Shown: one piece after another, positions 1 through 9,624 of the stretch | Numbering within the stretch: position 1 is the stretch's first letter | Layout: each line of letters opens with the position of its first letter | Assembly (NCBI GenBank): GCA_963820525.1 | Contig: CAWGAA010000001.1 | Span: forward strand, 1,920,001-1,984,000 | Direction: 5' to 3' | DNA from: an uncultured Spirochaetota bacterium | GTDB lineage: Bacteria > Spirochaetota > Spirochaetia > SZUA-6 > Fen-1364 | Length of the DNA stretch: 64,000 nucleotides | Notes under the pieces: generated by a model | Databases searched by the model: none | What the model saw: only the letters and a program-made list of their open reading frames with translations | Told to the model about the DNA's origin: nothing | Made by a program: the position numbers and the translations under genes

Positions 1-242
1 TAGGCCCTCGTCCAGCCGAAGGCATCGAATCCCGCAAGGCGGCTGAAGTTTGCCAGGGTGAAGGTCCACGAGATGTCGCCCGCGGCGCCCCGTGTGGCCG
101 CGGACCAGGCGATCATCGCGCCCAGGGGAACGACCAGGAGGAGGGTGATCCAGACCAGGGGGAGAGCCATGAGGGCCAGACCGCGCGCCGTGAGCTTTCT
201 GGTGGTGGCAAGCTCCCCGTACCAGACGAGGAGCCTATTCAC
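1..242 (-). CDS. potB: Polyamine ABC transporter permease, 5' part (runs off window)
   Basis: GTG at 242 overlaps the potA stop. Reads MNRLLVWYGE...LALMALPLVWITLLLVVPLGAMIAWS...FTLANFSRL, a hydrophobic PotB-like N-terminus. Confidence 0.7.
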   Translation of the reverse strand, partial: MNRLLVWYGELATTRKLTARGLALMALPLVWITLLLVVPLGAMIAWSAATRGAAGDISWTFTLANFSRLAGFDAFGWTRA

Positions 243-1374
243 CAAGCGCCTCCAGGTGCCGGGCGGGAAGCTCGAGCCAGACCTGCTGCCCGGGCTTCAG
301 GGAGGCGCCCGGAGAGCTGCGCAGATGCAGGTTGGCCGGCTGGGCGAACACGTCGAGATGATCCCCGCGGTAGATGACCTCGCTGATGATGGCCTTCACC
401 CCATTGGTCTCGGGCCGGTTGGCCCGAACGAGGATCCTCTCCGGCCGGATCGAGAGCACGCCGCGTTCCCACGACGGATGCTCGCGCACCGCGAACGTCC
501 CCACGTCCGTGTGGACGGAACCGTTGTTCCGCCACGCGGGGATGAGGTTCGTGGTTCCCAGAAACTCGGCCACGAAACGGTTTGCGGGGCGGTCGTACAC
601 CTCGGCGGGACGGCCGGACTGCACGATCTTCCCCTCCCGCATGACGAAGATCCGGTCGCTCACCGTCATGGCCTCGTTCTGGTCGTGGGTGACCAGGACG
701 AAGGTCTTTCCCAGCTGGCGCTGGAGCCTGCGAAGCTCGAGCTGAACTTCAGCCCTGAGCTTGGCATCGAGCGCGGACATCGGCTCGTCAAGGAGGAGAA
801 CGTCGGGCTGGTTCACCAGGGCGCGGGCAAGGGCCACGCGCTGCTTCTGCCCGCCGGAGAGCTGAGAGGTGCGCCGACGGGCCATCTCCTCCAGATGGAG
901 CATCTCCATGGCGGAATCCACCCTTCGCCCTACTTCCTCGCGGGCGAACCTGCGCGCCCGAAGGCCGAATGCGATGTTCTCGAATACGTTGAGATGGGGA
1001 AAAAGGGCGTAGTTCTGGAAGACAGTATTGACGGGACGGCGGTTTGCCGGAAGACCGGTGATGTCGAAGCCGCCGAGGGCGACATGCCCGCAGTCTGCGG
1101 TTTCGAGCCCCGCGACGATCCGAAGGAGCGTGGTCTTGCCGCACCCCGACGGACCGAGGATGGTTACGAACTCCCCGCTCGCGACGCCGAGGGAAACCCT
1201 GTCGAGAGCCGCGACAGACCCGAAACGCTTCGAGACCTCGCTGACGGCGAGCTCGCATCCCCGGGCTTCATCCGCGGCCGCCCCGATCGCGAGCAGAGCA
1301 GCGTCGGCGCCGTGCGCGGGGTTGCCATCGATGGCCGGTGCAGCGGCGCCGGAGAAGTTGTACGGTGTTTCCAA
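235..1374 (-). CDS. potA: Spermidine/putrescine ABC transporter ATP-binding protein
   Basis: Walker A GPSGCGKT, NTVFQNYALFPHL, LSGGQKQR, LLLDEP, C-terminal TOBE-like region. Confidence 0.85.
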   Translation of the reverse strand: METPYNFSGAAAPAIDGNPAHGADAALLAIGAAADEARGCELAVSEVSKRFGSVAALDRVSLGVASGEFVTILGPSGCGKTTLLRIVAGLETADCGHVALGGFDITGLPANRRPVNTVFQNYALFPHLNVFENIAFGLRARRFAREEVGRRVDSAMEMLHLEEMARRRTSQLSGGQKQRVALARALVNQPDVLLLDEPMSALDAKLRAEVQLELRRLQRQLGKTFVLVTHDQNEAMTVSDRIFVMREGKIVQSGRPAEVYDRPANRFVAEFLGTTNLIPAWRNNGSVHTDVGTFAVREHPSWERGVLSIRPERILVRANRPETNGVKAIISEVIYRGDHLDVFAQPANLHLRSSPGASLKPGQQVWLELPARHLEALGE

Positions 1375-1596
1375 CTCAGATGGTCCTCCTCGCTTTCGTG
1401 AACGCTGAAATCAGGACACGAAGCCTCCCGAACGGACCGATCGCTTCTTCCTTGTGGCCGCAGTTTATTCGATATGGGACGGTTTATGCAAGAGTTTTTT
1501 TTGCGGTACAGCCCTAGTCCATGGATGGACGGAGGCCGGCGAAGCCCTGCGGCGGCTCGCGAAGCGAACGCCGCGTTGGATGGCGGGAGCCGGCCC

Positions 1597-3903
1597 CTAT
1601 TCCTTTTTCTTTTTCAGAAGATCGGCGAATGGGTTGTAGACCGTGTCGCCCCTAGGGCTATCGGCGGAGGGGCGGGGCGCGTCGGGGCGCGGCGCGTCGG
1701 ACCTCGGGCTCCGCACACCCTTGGCGCCGGGCTCGGTCCTCCGCGCGCCCGCGGGCCTCAGGCTCAAGCCGATCCGCTTTCTCGGGGCATCCAGTGAAAT
1801 GATTCGAAACTCGCGCGTGTCGCCCACCTTGAGAACGCTCATCGGGTCCTTCACGAACCCTTCCGCCATCTCGGAAATGTGCAGCAGAGCCGTCTCCTTG
1901 ATGCCGATGTCCACGAAAGCGCCGAAATCGACGACGTTCTTCACCTTGCCCGTGACCTTCATCCCCTCCTTGAGGTCCTCGAATCCGAGCACCCCCTGCT
2001 GGAGGATGGGCATGGGGTAGTCCTCGCGTGGGTCACGGTTTGGCTTGGCAAGCTCGGAGGTGATGTCTTGAATCGTCGTCTCTCCCACGCCGTAGCGGGC
2101 CTTCAGCTCCTCCTTCTTCTCACGGGAGAGGCCCGCTGCTGCCGCCCTGGCCAGGGGAAGCATCTCAGCGGCAAGGGAGTAGTTCTCGGGGTGCACCCAG
2201 GTGTTGTCCAGCGGATTGGAGCTCTCCGGGATCTTGAGAAACCCGGCGCATTGCTCGAAGCTCTTCGGCCCCATTCCCGGCACCGCCATCAGGAGCTCGC
2301 GGGAGGAGATCCTTCCCTCCTGCTCGCGGAACTTCACGATCTTCCTGGCAAGGGACGCGTTGATGCCGGAAACGTATTTCAGCAGGGAGGGCGAGGCGGT
2401 ATTGAGATTGACGCCGACATTGTTCACGACGGACCCCACGGTCTCATCCAGCGTCTCGGAGAGCTTCCTCCGGTCCACGTCATGCTGGTACAGGCCCACC
2501 CCGATGGACTTGGGGTCGATCTTCACCAGCTCGGCGAGCGGGTCCTGCAGGCGGCGGCCGATGCTGACGGCTCCCCGGATCGTCAGGTCGAGCTCGGGAA
2601 ACTCCTCCCGCGCCACGTCGCTTGCCGAGTAGACCGAGGCGCCGTCCTCATCGACCACGGTGTACTTCGCTTCAAGGTCGTTCTCCGAGATTGCATCGGA
2701 AACGGCCCTTCTCACCTCATGGCTCGCCGTTCCGTTTCCCACGGCGATCAGCTGCAGGTTGTGCTTCTTCACGGCCTCGGCGATCGCCTTCTTCGCTCCG
2801 GCGAGGTCCCTCTCCTGGTTCATCACGAAGTACCCGAGGAGCTTTCCCGTCTCGTCCAATGCAACGCACTTGGATCCCGTGCGGATTCCGGGGTCGATTC
2901 CCAGCACCCGCGTGCCTTTTATGGGCGGCTGCATGAGGAGGTTGCGGAGGTTCAGGCTGAAGATGCCGATTCCGTGCTCGTCGGCCCGTGATGCGGCATC
3001 CACCCGTATCTCGCGCAGCACCGCCGGAGAGAGAAGGCGGCGAAGCCCGTCATCGATGGCCTCGCCATGGAAGCGGTTCGCCACGGTGACGCGCCCTTGA
3101 AGAAGACCGGACGCGGCGTCCTCGTCCACCTCGATCTTCACGGCGAGCTCCCCTTCCCTCTCCCCGCGGTTCACGGCCATAACGCGGTGGGGCCTGAGAG
3201 TCGAAAGCGGCTCCCTGTAGTCCCAGTACATCCCGTAGGTGGACTGCTCCTTCTTCTTGTCATCCCCGACGCCCTTCACAACGAGGCTTCCCGTCCCGAG
3301 ATAGAGGGCCTTCACGGCGGCGCGGGTTTCAGCGTCCTGGGAAACGTTCTCGGCCACGATGTCCATGGCCCCCCGAATGGCTTCTTCGGCGCTCGCCACG
3401 GAGAGCTCCGGATGCTCCGCATCCTGCCGTATGAAATCCCCGGCCCGGCCCCGGACCGCATCCTCGCCCTCCGAGCACAGGATGCGCGCCAGCGGCTCCA
3501 GCCCCTTCTCCCGGGCGATCATCCCCCGGGTCTTTTTCTTCTTCCTAAAGGGCGCGTAGATATCCTCCAGGCTGGAAAGGGTGTCGCATCTTCGAAGGTT
3601 TTCGTAGAGATCCTCGCTGAGCTTGCCCTGGGAGAAGACGGCCCTGATGATCTCCAGGCGGCGCTCCTCGAGGTTCCCGTAGGAAACAAGGCGATGGGAA
3701 ACCTCGCGCACCTGCACCTCGTCCAGGCTGCCGGTGAGCTCTTTTCTGTACCTGCTGATGAAGGGGACCGTGCAGCCATCCCTGATGAGGCGCACCGTGG
3801 CGGAGACCTGCGCCGGCTTCACGGAAAGCTCCCCCGCTATGCGATCTGCGATGGCCGCCTCGTTTACGGCGAGACCGGCAATGAACTCCTCGGTAAGCTG
3901 CAT
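1597..3903 (-). CDS. tex: Tex family RNA-binding transcriptional accessory protein
   Basis: TVPFISRYRKE, GIDPGIRTGSK, YSAS..AREEFP, GVGLYQHD, HhH motifs, C-terminal S1 domain. Confidence 0.95.
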   Translation of the reverse strand: MQLTEEFIAGLAVNEAAIADRIAGELSVKPAQVSATVRLIRDGCTVPFISRYRKELTGSLDEVQVREVSHRLVSYGNLEERRLEIIRAVFSQGKLSEDLYENLRRCDTLSSLEDIYAPFRKKKKTRGMIAREKGLEPLARILCSEGEDAVRGRAGDFIRQDAEHPELSVASAEEAIRGAMDIVAENVSQDAETRAAVKALYLGTGSLVVKGVGDDKKKEQSTYGMYWDYREPLSTLRPHRVMAVNRGEREGELAVKIEVDEDAASGLLQGRVTVANRFHGEAIDDGLRRLLSPAVLREIRVDAASRADEHGIGIFSLNLRNLLMQPPIKGTRVLGIDPGIRTGSKCVALDETGKLLGYFVMNQERDLAGAKKAIAEAVKKHNLQLIAVGNGTASHEVRRAVSDAISENDLEAKYTVVDEDGASVYSASDVAREEFPELDLTIRGAVSIGRRLQDPLAELVKIDPKSIGVGLYQHDVDRRKLSETLDETVGSVVNNVGVNLNTASPSLLKYVSGINASLARKIVKFREQEGRISSRELLMAVPGMGPKSFEQCAGFLKIPESSNPLDNTWVHPENYSLAAEMLPLARAAAAGLSREKKEELKARYGVGETTIQDITSELAKPNRDPREDYPMPILQQGVLGFEDLKEGMKVTGKVKNVVDFGAFVDIGIKETALLHISEMAEGFVKDPMSVLKVGDTREFRIISLDAPRKRIGLSLRPAGARRTEPGAKGVRSPRSDAPRPDAPRPSADSPRGDTVYNPFADLLKKKKE

Positions 3904-4286
3904 CGAATCACCTCATGATGGGCCTGGATTGTGGAGCGCCAATGTAGCAGAAGCCCGAAGGACTGTCGAGTGAGACCCAGCAGACCGTCTTCTCGGTGCC
4001 GGGAATGATCCCGGGGACCGTCGCTTCCTGTCGCGCGATATATTCGTCGAGGTATTGGGGAAGCCCGACAAATGTGGTACACGGCGAGGCTCCCGCCCGC
4101 TGAAGAGAAAGAGGCGCAGAGCAGGGATATGCGATGCAGGCTTTAAAGCCCGCGGTTGTTTCCAGAGAATACGGCAAATGCGGCGACAGGATAGGGCCGA
4201 AAAACCGAGAAAGTCAAGGCCTGATCAGACAGTGGATGGAGAGCCCGTTCTTGGGGTAGATTCAATGCAATTATGCGGGAGGAGCG

Positions 4287-4904
4287 GTGGGGATCACGGA
4301 GTCTCTTGCGGCCTTCGGTACCGGAGTGATCGGCAGCATCGGGTATGCCGGCGTTTTTCTTCTCATGGTGGCGGAAAGCATGGTGCTGCCCATGCCCAGC
4401 GAGGCGGTGATGCCCTTCGCGGGGTTCCTCGTGGCGGAGGGCTCCCTCAGTCCCATCTGGGTGGTCGCCTTCGCCACGCTGGGAAGCATCGTGGGCTCGC
4501 TCGCCTCCTACGCGATCGGACGCTTCGGGGGAAAGCCCTTCCTGAGCCGCTTCGGCAAGTACCTCCTTTTGGACGAGAGGGACCTGGAGGCCACGGATAA
4601 ATTTTTCAGGAATCGCGGGAGCGTCACGATCTTCATCGCGCGTTTCATTCCCGTGGTCCGGCACCTGATCTCCATCCCCGCAGGGATGGGCAGCATGAGG
4701 ATCGTCCCCTTTGCCGTGTTCACCATCCTCGGGGCCGGAATGTGGAACGCCTTCCTCACCTGGTGCGGATACATCCTTCGACGCAACTGGTCCGTCGTGA
4801 TGCGTTACAGCCACATCATCGACATCGCTGTCGTGGCAATCCTCGCGGGGCTGATCGTTCTGTTCGTGGCGCGCCATCTCAGCCGAGCCAGGCGGGGAGC
4901 ATAG
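4287..4904 (+). CDS. DedA family membrane protein
   Basis: ES..LPMPSEAVMPFAG and ARFIPVVRHLISIPAG DedA motifs. Confidence 0.9.
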   Translation: MGITESLAAFGTGVIGSIGYAGVFLLMVAESMVLPMPSEAVMPFAGFLVAEGSLSPIWVVAFATLGSIVGSLASYAIGRFGGKPFLSRFGKYLLLDERDLEATDKFFRNRGSVTIFIARFIPVVRHLISIPAGMGSMRIVPFAVFTILGAGMWNAFLTWCGYILRRNWSVVMRYSHIIDIAVVAILAGLIVLFVARHLSRARRGA

Positions 4905-4970
4905 AGGCGGCGTTCCTCGGATGTCCTCGAGGCCCACGCGCGGGAAGTGCGCCTTTTTTCAAATGCATTC

Positions 4971-4999
4971 TTGACATTTCGCCGTTCCCCGCAGAAACT
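4971..4999 (+). promoter_or_regulatory. Putative sigma70 promoter for the GGDEF gene
   Basis: TTGACA (4971-4976), 17 nt spacer, GAAACT (4994-4999), 8 nt before the ATG at 5008. Confidence 0.4.
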
Positions 5000-5007
5000 T
5001 ACCCTCC

Positions 5008-7203
5008 ATGAGCTCCCGCCGGCTCACAATCGGCTTCCTGATAAGCTATCTCACCGAGGACTACGAGGCGGCCATTTGGAGAGGCCTCGTGAAAGCAGCG
5101 GAGAAGCGTGGGGTGGATCTTTTGGCCGTCGACGGGGGAGCCATCGACAACCCCTACGAGATCCACCGCCAGAAGGCGACGGTTTATTCTCTCATCTGCG
5201 ACGTCTCGCTGGACGGCATTATCGTGGCCGCGGGGGCCATCGGCAACTTCGCGGACGAACGACGGATGGAGACCTTCCTCCGTTCGCTGCCCCGCGTGCC
5301 TCAAATTCTCATCGGAAAGACTGTCGGGAACCGGCCGGCCATCCTTGTCGACAACGGCACCGGCATGAGACAGGCCGTTTCTCACCTCATCGAGGCGCAC
5401 GGCCGGCGGCGTATCGCCTTCATCGCGGGCCCGTCCACGAACCTGGAAGCGGTTCAGCGCTACCAGGCATACCGGGAAGCCCTCGAATCTCACGACATCG
5501 ACTACGACCCCAATCTCGTCTACGCAGGAGACTTCGATCCCGGGGACGGGATCCGGGGCGTAGAGGCGATCTGGGGGAGGCCGGGAGCCAAGCCCGACGC
5601 CCTCGCCGCTTCAACGGACTATATCGCCATCTCCGCCATGGAGGAGCTCGCCCGGCGCGGCATCTCCGTGCCGCGGACGGTGGCCGTCACCGGATTCGAC
5701 GATATCGAAGACTGCGTGAACACCCAGCCGACGGTCACGACGGTCCGCCAGCCCTACGACGCCATTGGAGAGGCGGCTATCGACCTCGTCTTGAAGGCGG
5801 TCCAGGGCAATGGGCACGAGGAGACGGTCACGCTCCCCACGCGGATGCTCGTACGCGCTTCCTGCGGCTGCATGATCCCCCCCGTCGTCTCGGAGACGGG
5901 AGACGAGGACCTCGGACGTCTCTCGCGCCTTCGAAACGCCATTGAGCGCAGCGTCGAGTCGGGGGAGGGCGCGCCCTTCCTGGAGACCCTCGAAGCCGCG
6001 CTCAGGAAAGAAAAGGGCCTCTTCCCCTCCTTCGGACACTGGTTCGACCTTTTGAAATGGCTCTTCGACAGCCTCCTGGAGGGGCTCTCGGACCGCACCA
6101 GCCGCAGGCGGCACATGCTCATGGGCCTGCACGCCTTCGGGCTTGAATACCTGGGCCGAAAGGCCGAGGAGCTGCAGAAGGCGAACGCGGTGCACGTGCG
6201 CGACACCTACATCGTGCTCAACCAGTTCTACGAAAAGAGCTCCTTCACATTCGATCCCGCCGTTTTCTCCGGAGACCTCGACGAAGCGCTTCCCCGCATC
6301 GGAATCACCTCGTTTCTCATGTGTCTCTATCAGGACTCCCTGGAGCGGGCGCGGATCGAGCACATCTACTCGGTTCCCCTGCCCATCGTGCTCACCCCCG
6401 GCGCCTGCGGCACGCCCGCCCAGCTCATCGACTCGTTTCTCGCCTCGTGGAAGAGGGGGCCCGACGCGGGCTCGCTCATCCTCCTGCCCCTCTACCACAG
6501 GAGCGAGGACCTCGGCTTCATCCTCTGCCGGGCGGCGATCCCCGACGGCGCCCTCTACGAGTCTCTGTTGAGCCAGTTGAGCAATGCCATCAAGGGCACG
6601 GCGCTGATGAACGAGGTCCACTCCCACTCCCGGGAGCTGGAGCGCAAGGTGCAAGAGCGCTCGGGAGAGCTCAAAACGGCGCTGGAGGAGCTGGAGCGGG
6701 CCAACCGGAGGCTGGAAAGCATCTCGGTCCTCGACGAGCTCACCGGGCTGTACAACCGCCGCGGATTCCTTGCCTGCGGCCGCCAGCACATCGATCTCAC
6801 CAAGCGTCGGGAGGGGGATTTCATCCTGTTCTTCGTCGACATGGACGGCCTGAAGGACATCAACGACTCCTTCGGCCACGCGAGCGGAGACGAGGCCCTG
6901 CGCGACATGTCGTGGCTTCTCAGCAAGGTGTTCCGCCAGACCGACGTTCTCGCCCGCCTGGGCGGCGACGAGTTCATCGTGCTCGCCGTGGACATGAAGC
7001 CGGATCAGGAACACGTCGTCCGCGAGAGGCTCGCCTCGATCGTGAGCGAGTTCAACGCCACCTCGGGAAAACCGTACCGTCTCGCCTTCAGCATGGGCTG
7101 CGCCCCGTGGGACCCCGCCCGCTACGCCTGCCTGGAGGAGATGATGGCGGAGGCGGACCGCCAGCTCTACGAAGAGAAGAAAGCCAAGAAGGCGTGCAGG
7201 TAG
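5008..7203 (+). CDS. Diguanylate cyclase with N-terminal LacI-type periplasmic-binding-like sensor domain
   Basis: N-terminal LacI sugar-binding fold (VDN..G, RRIAFIAGP, VAVTGFDD, TTVRQP); C-terminal DELTGLYNRR and RLGGDEF. Confidence 0.9.
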   Translation: MSSRRLTIGFLISYLTEDYEAAIWRGLVKAAEKRGVDLLAVDGGAIDNPYEIHRQKATVYSLICDVSLDGIIVAAGAIGNFADERRMETFLRSLPRVPQILIGKTVGNRPAILVDNGTGMRQAVSHLIEAHGRRRIAFIAGPSTNLEAVQRYQAYREALESHDIDYDPNLVYAGDFDPGDGIRGVEAIWGRPGAKPDALAASTDYIAISAMEELARRGISVPRTVAVTGFDDIEDCVNTQPTVTTVRQPYDAIGEAAIDLVLKAVQGNGHEETVTLPTRMLVRASCGCMIPPVVSETGDEDLGRLSRLRNAIERSVESGEGAPFLETLEAALRKEKGLFPSFGHWFDLLKWLFDSLLEGLSDRTSRRRHMLMGLHAFGLEYLGRKAEELQKANAVHVRDTYIVLNQFYEKSSFTFDPAVFSGDLDEALPRIGITSFLMCLYQDSLERARIEHIYSVPLPIVLTPGACGTPAQLIDSFLASWKRGPDAGSLILLPLYHRSEDLGFILCRAAIPDGALYESLLSQLSNAIKGTALMNEVHSHSRELERKVQERSGELKTALEELERANRRLESISVLDELTGLYNRRGFLACGRQHIDLTKRREGDFILFFVDMDGLKDINDSFGHASGDEALRDMSWLLSKVFRQTDVLARLGGDEFIVLAVDMKPDQEHVVRERLASIVSEFNATSGKPYRLAFSMGCAPWDPARYACLEEMMAEADRQLYEEKKAKKACR

Positions 7204-7288
7204 AATCGAGAGAGCGCGCCGGGCGCGGCTCCGGGCGCACCGCGCGGCAGACAAGCGAGGCGTTTCATGCTCCGTGCCGCCGGCCCTA

Positions 7289-8170
7289 TCACCAGCGCGC
7301 GAAGAAGGGTTGAAGGAAGATCCTGCCCGCCTTTCCCTCGGCCTCGAAGCGGATGTACTCCTCCCCCCCGTAACTGAAGCTGAACACCGCTCCGTCTTCC
7401 TCGCGAAGGACGCGTCCTCCCGGACCGACAAAGCGCCCATGGGCTTCGCCCGCCAGCTTCACCCGGATCTCGCCGCCATCCACGGACAGGCTTCCCAGAA
7501 GGAGACCGGTGGTCGCGTAGAAGCGTCCCGCCTTCAGCGCTTCCAGCACTGAAGCCGGGGAGATCTCCTTCACGCAGGCCATGTTGTACGCCTTGCCGAA
7601 ATCCGGCGGATCGTGGAAGTCGTCGTTGGCGAATCCCCACAGCCTCGCCCCCCGGCTGAGAAGCTCGTCCCAGATGTCCGTGTATAATGGATTGGTGTCC
7701 CTCCACAGCTGAAGGGGATGGTTGTAGTGCCCGTTGAACACCTCCATACCCAGAGGCCGGGGATCGAGGTTGTATATCATGTCCGGCGTCCAGTATTGGG
7801 AATGCTTCCGCGGCCGGGGATGACAGACCACGGTAAGAAGCCCGTCACACCGCCCGAGGGCCTCCTCGAGGGAGAGCTCGTAGAGGGGGAGAACCGCCTC
7901 GCCGATAAAGAGCAGGTTCTCCCGGGAGCTGTACTCGAAGCCTTCAAGGAAAGCCATCTCGGGATACAGCGCGCGAAGCTCGGTGAGGTCGGTGACGTGG
8001 TCGTGGTCCGTAACGGCCATGAAGCGGGCCCCGGCCGCGTGGTAGAGCGCGGCGCCGTGGAGCAGGGGCACCGAGGCGCAGCCGCTGTGCTCACAGCAGT
8101 GGCCGTGGAGGTTGCCGCGGATCCAGATGCCCTGGCCGTCCTTGTATGGATTGATAAGAGAAGACGACAC
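7289..8170 (-). CDS. PHP-domain (CehA/McbA-like) metallohydrolase
   Basis: GNLHGH, AVTDHD, CHP, ANDDFH metal-binding motifs. Confidence 0.8.
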   Translation of the reverse strand: MSSSLINPYKDGQGIWIRGNLHGHCCEHSGCASVPLLHGAALYHAAGARFMAVTDHDHVTDLTELRALYPEMAFLEGFEYSSRENLLFIGEAVLPLYELSLEEALGRCDGLLTVVCHPRPRKHSQYWTPDMIYNLDPRPLGMEVFNGHYNHPLQLWRDTNPLYTDIWDELLSRGARLWGFANDDFHDPPDFGKAYNMACVKEISPASVLEALKAGRFYATTGLLLGSLSVDGGEIRVKLAGEAHGRFVGPGGRVLREEDGAVFSFSYGGEEYIRFEAEGKAGRIFLQPFFARW

Positions 8171-8184
8171 GGCTCGCGGCGCTC

Positions 8185-9621
8185 CTACCCCGTCACCTTC
8201 AGCTCGCGGGCCGCCTTCACCTCGTCCAGGCGGCGGGTGGGCGCCGCATGGGGAGCCTCGTGGAGGAGCGCGGGGCTCTCCCGCGCCTCCCGTGCGATTC
8301 TGTGCATCGCCTCCCCGAAGCGGTCGAGGGTCTCCCTGCTCTCCGTTTCGGTGGGCTCGATCATGAGGGCCTCGTGCACGATGAGGGGGAAATAGTTCGT
8401 TGGTGGATGGAAGCCGTAGTCGATGAGCCGCTTGGCCACGTCGAGCGCCCTGATATCCGGGGCGCCGGAGATCTTTCCCTGGGCCACGAACTCATGCATG
8501 CAGGTCCGCTCGCCAAAGGGCACGGGATACTCGTCTTTCAGCCGGGCCTGGAGGTAGTTGGCATTGAGCACCGCGTTCTCCGCCACCTGCCGCAGCCCCG
8601 CGGCTCCCAGCATCCGGATATACGTGTACGCGCGCACGAGGATGGAGAAGTTCCCGTGAAAGCTCTTCACCCTGCCGATGGATCGCTTGGGCATCGTCCA
8701 GCCGAAGCGGAGGCCGCCTCCATCACGTTTGTCCACGATGGGGCCGGGCAGGTAGGGAGCCAGCTCCCTGCTCACCCCAACGGCTCCGGCGCCGGGGCCG
8801 CCGCCGCCATGGGGCGTGGAGAAGGTCTTGTGAAGGTTGAAGTGCATGACATCGATGCCCATTGCCCCGGGCTTGCAGATGCCCAGCAGCGCATTGAAGT
8901 TCGCCCCATCGCCGTACACGAGACCGCCGGCCTCGTGTACGAGGCGCGTGATCTCCAGGAGGTTCTCCTCGAAGAGCCCCAGGGTATTCGGATTTGTGAG
9001 CATGAGGCCCGCGGCCCGCTCGTCCAGGAGAGCCCGGAGCTTTGCGATGTCCACGTTGCCCCGCGGGTCCGAGGGCACCTCCACCACCTCCAGCCCCGCC
9101 ATCGCCGTGGAAGCGGGGTTCGTTCCATGCGCCGAATCCGGCACCAGGATGCGGTTTCTCCCCGCCTGGCCGCGGTCCGCCAGGCATTTGCGCATGATGA
9201 GGATCCCGGTGAGCTCCCCGTGCGCGCCCGCAGAGGGCTGGAGTGAAACCGAGTGAAAACCGCCAATCTCGGCAAGGAAGCGCTGAAGCTCGTGCATCAG
9301 CGCCAGGGCGCCCTGCACGGTGTCGGGGTCTTGAAGGGGATGGGCGGCGGCGAATCCGGGAAGCCGGGCGGCCGCCTCATTGGCCTTGGGATTGTATTTC
9401 ATCGTGCAGGAGCCCAGGGGATAGAAGCCGGTGTCCACGGCGTAGTTGAGCTGGGAGAGGCGCACGTAGTGGCGAACCACGTCGATCTCGGAAACCTCGG
9501 GAAGGCCCAGCTCGCCGCGCACCCATTCGGCGGGAACGGGCTTTCGGGGAACGTCACAGGCGGGGAGGCTCACTCCTTCCCTGCCGGGACGGGAAATCTC
9601 GGAAAGAAGAGGCTCGGGCAT
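8185..9621 (-). CDS. gcvPB: Glycine dehydrogenase subunit 2
   Basis: YPLGSCTMKYNPK, HFNLHKTFSTPHGGGGPG, IEPTETE. Confidence 0.95.
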   Translation of the reverse strand: MPEPLLSEISRPGREGVSLPACDVPRKPVPAEWVRGELGLPEVSEIDVVRHYVRLSQLNYAVDTGFYPLGSCTMKYNPKANEAAARLPGFAAAHPLQDPDTVQGALALMHELQRFLAEIGGFHSVSLQPSAGAHGELTGILIMRKCLADRGQAGRNRILVPDSAHGTNPASTAMAGLEVVEVPSDPRGNVDIAKLRALLDERAAGLMLTNPNTLGLFEENLLEITRLVHEAGGLVYGDGANFNALLGICKPGAMGIDVMHFNLHKTFSTPHGGGGPGAGAVGVSRELAPYLPGPIVDKRDGGGLRFGWTMPKRSIGRVKSFHGNFSILVRAYTYIRMLGAAGLRQVAENAVLNANYLQARLKDEYPVPFGERTCMHEFVAQGKISGAPDIRALDVAKRLIDYGFHPPTNYFPLIVHEALMIEPTETESRETLDRFGEAMHRIAREARESPALLHEAPHAAPTRRLDEVKAARELKVTG

Positions 9622-9624
9622 GGA

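Noticed and set aside
58..1401. Long antisense/shadow ORFs (e.g. 58-1401, 5611-7440, 26762-28351, 58280-59512, and the 5' part of 61764-63587)
   Set aside because: They lie opposite well-supported genes in GC-rich DNA and have no recognisable motifs.
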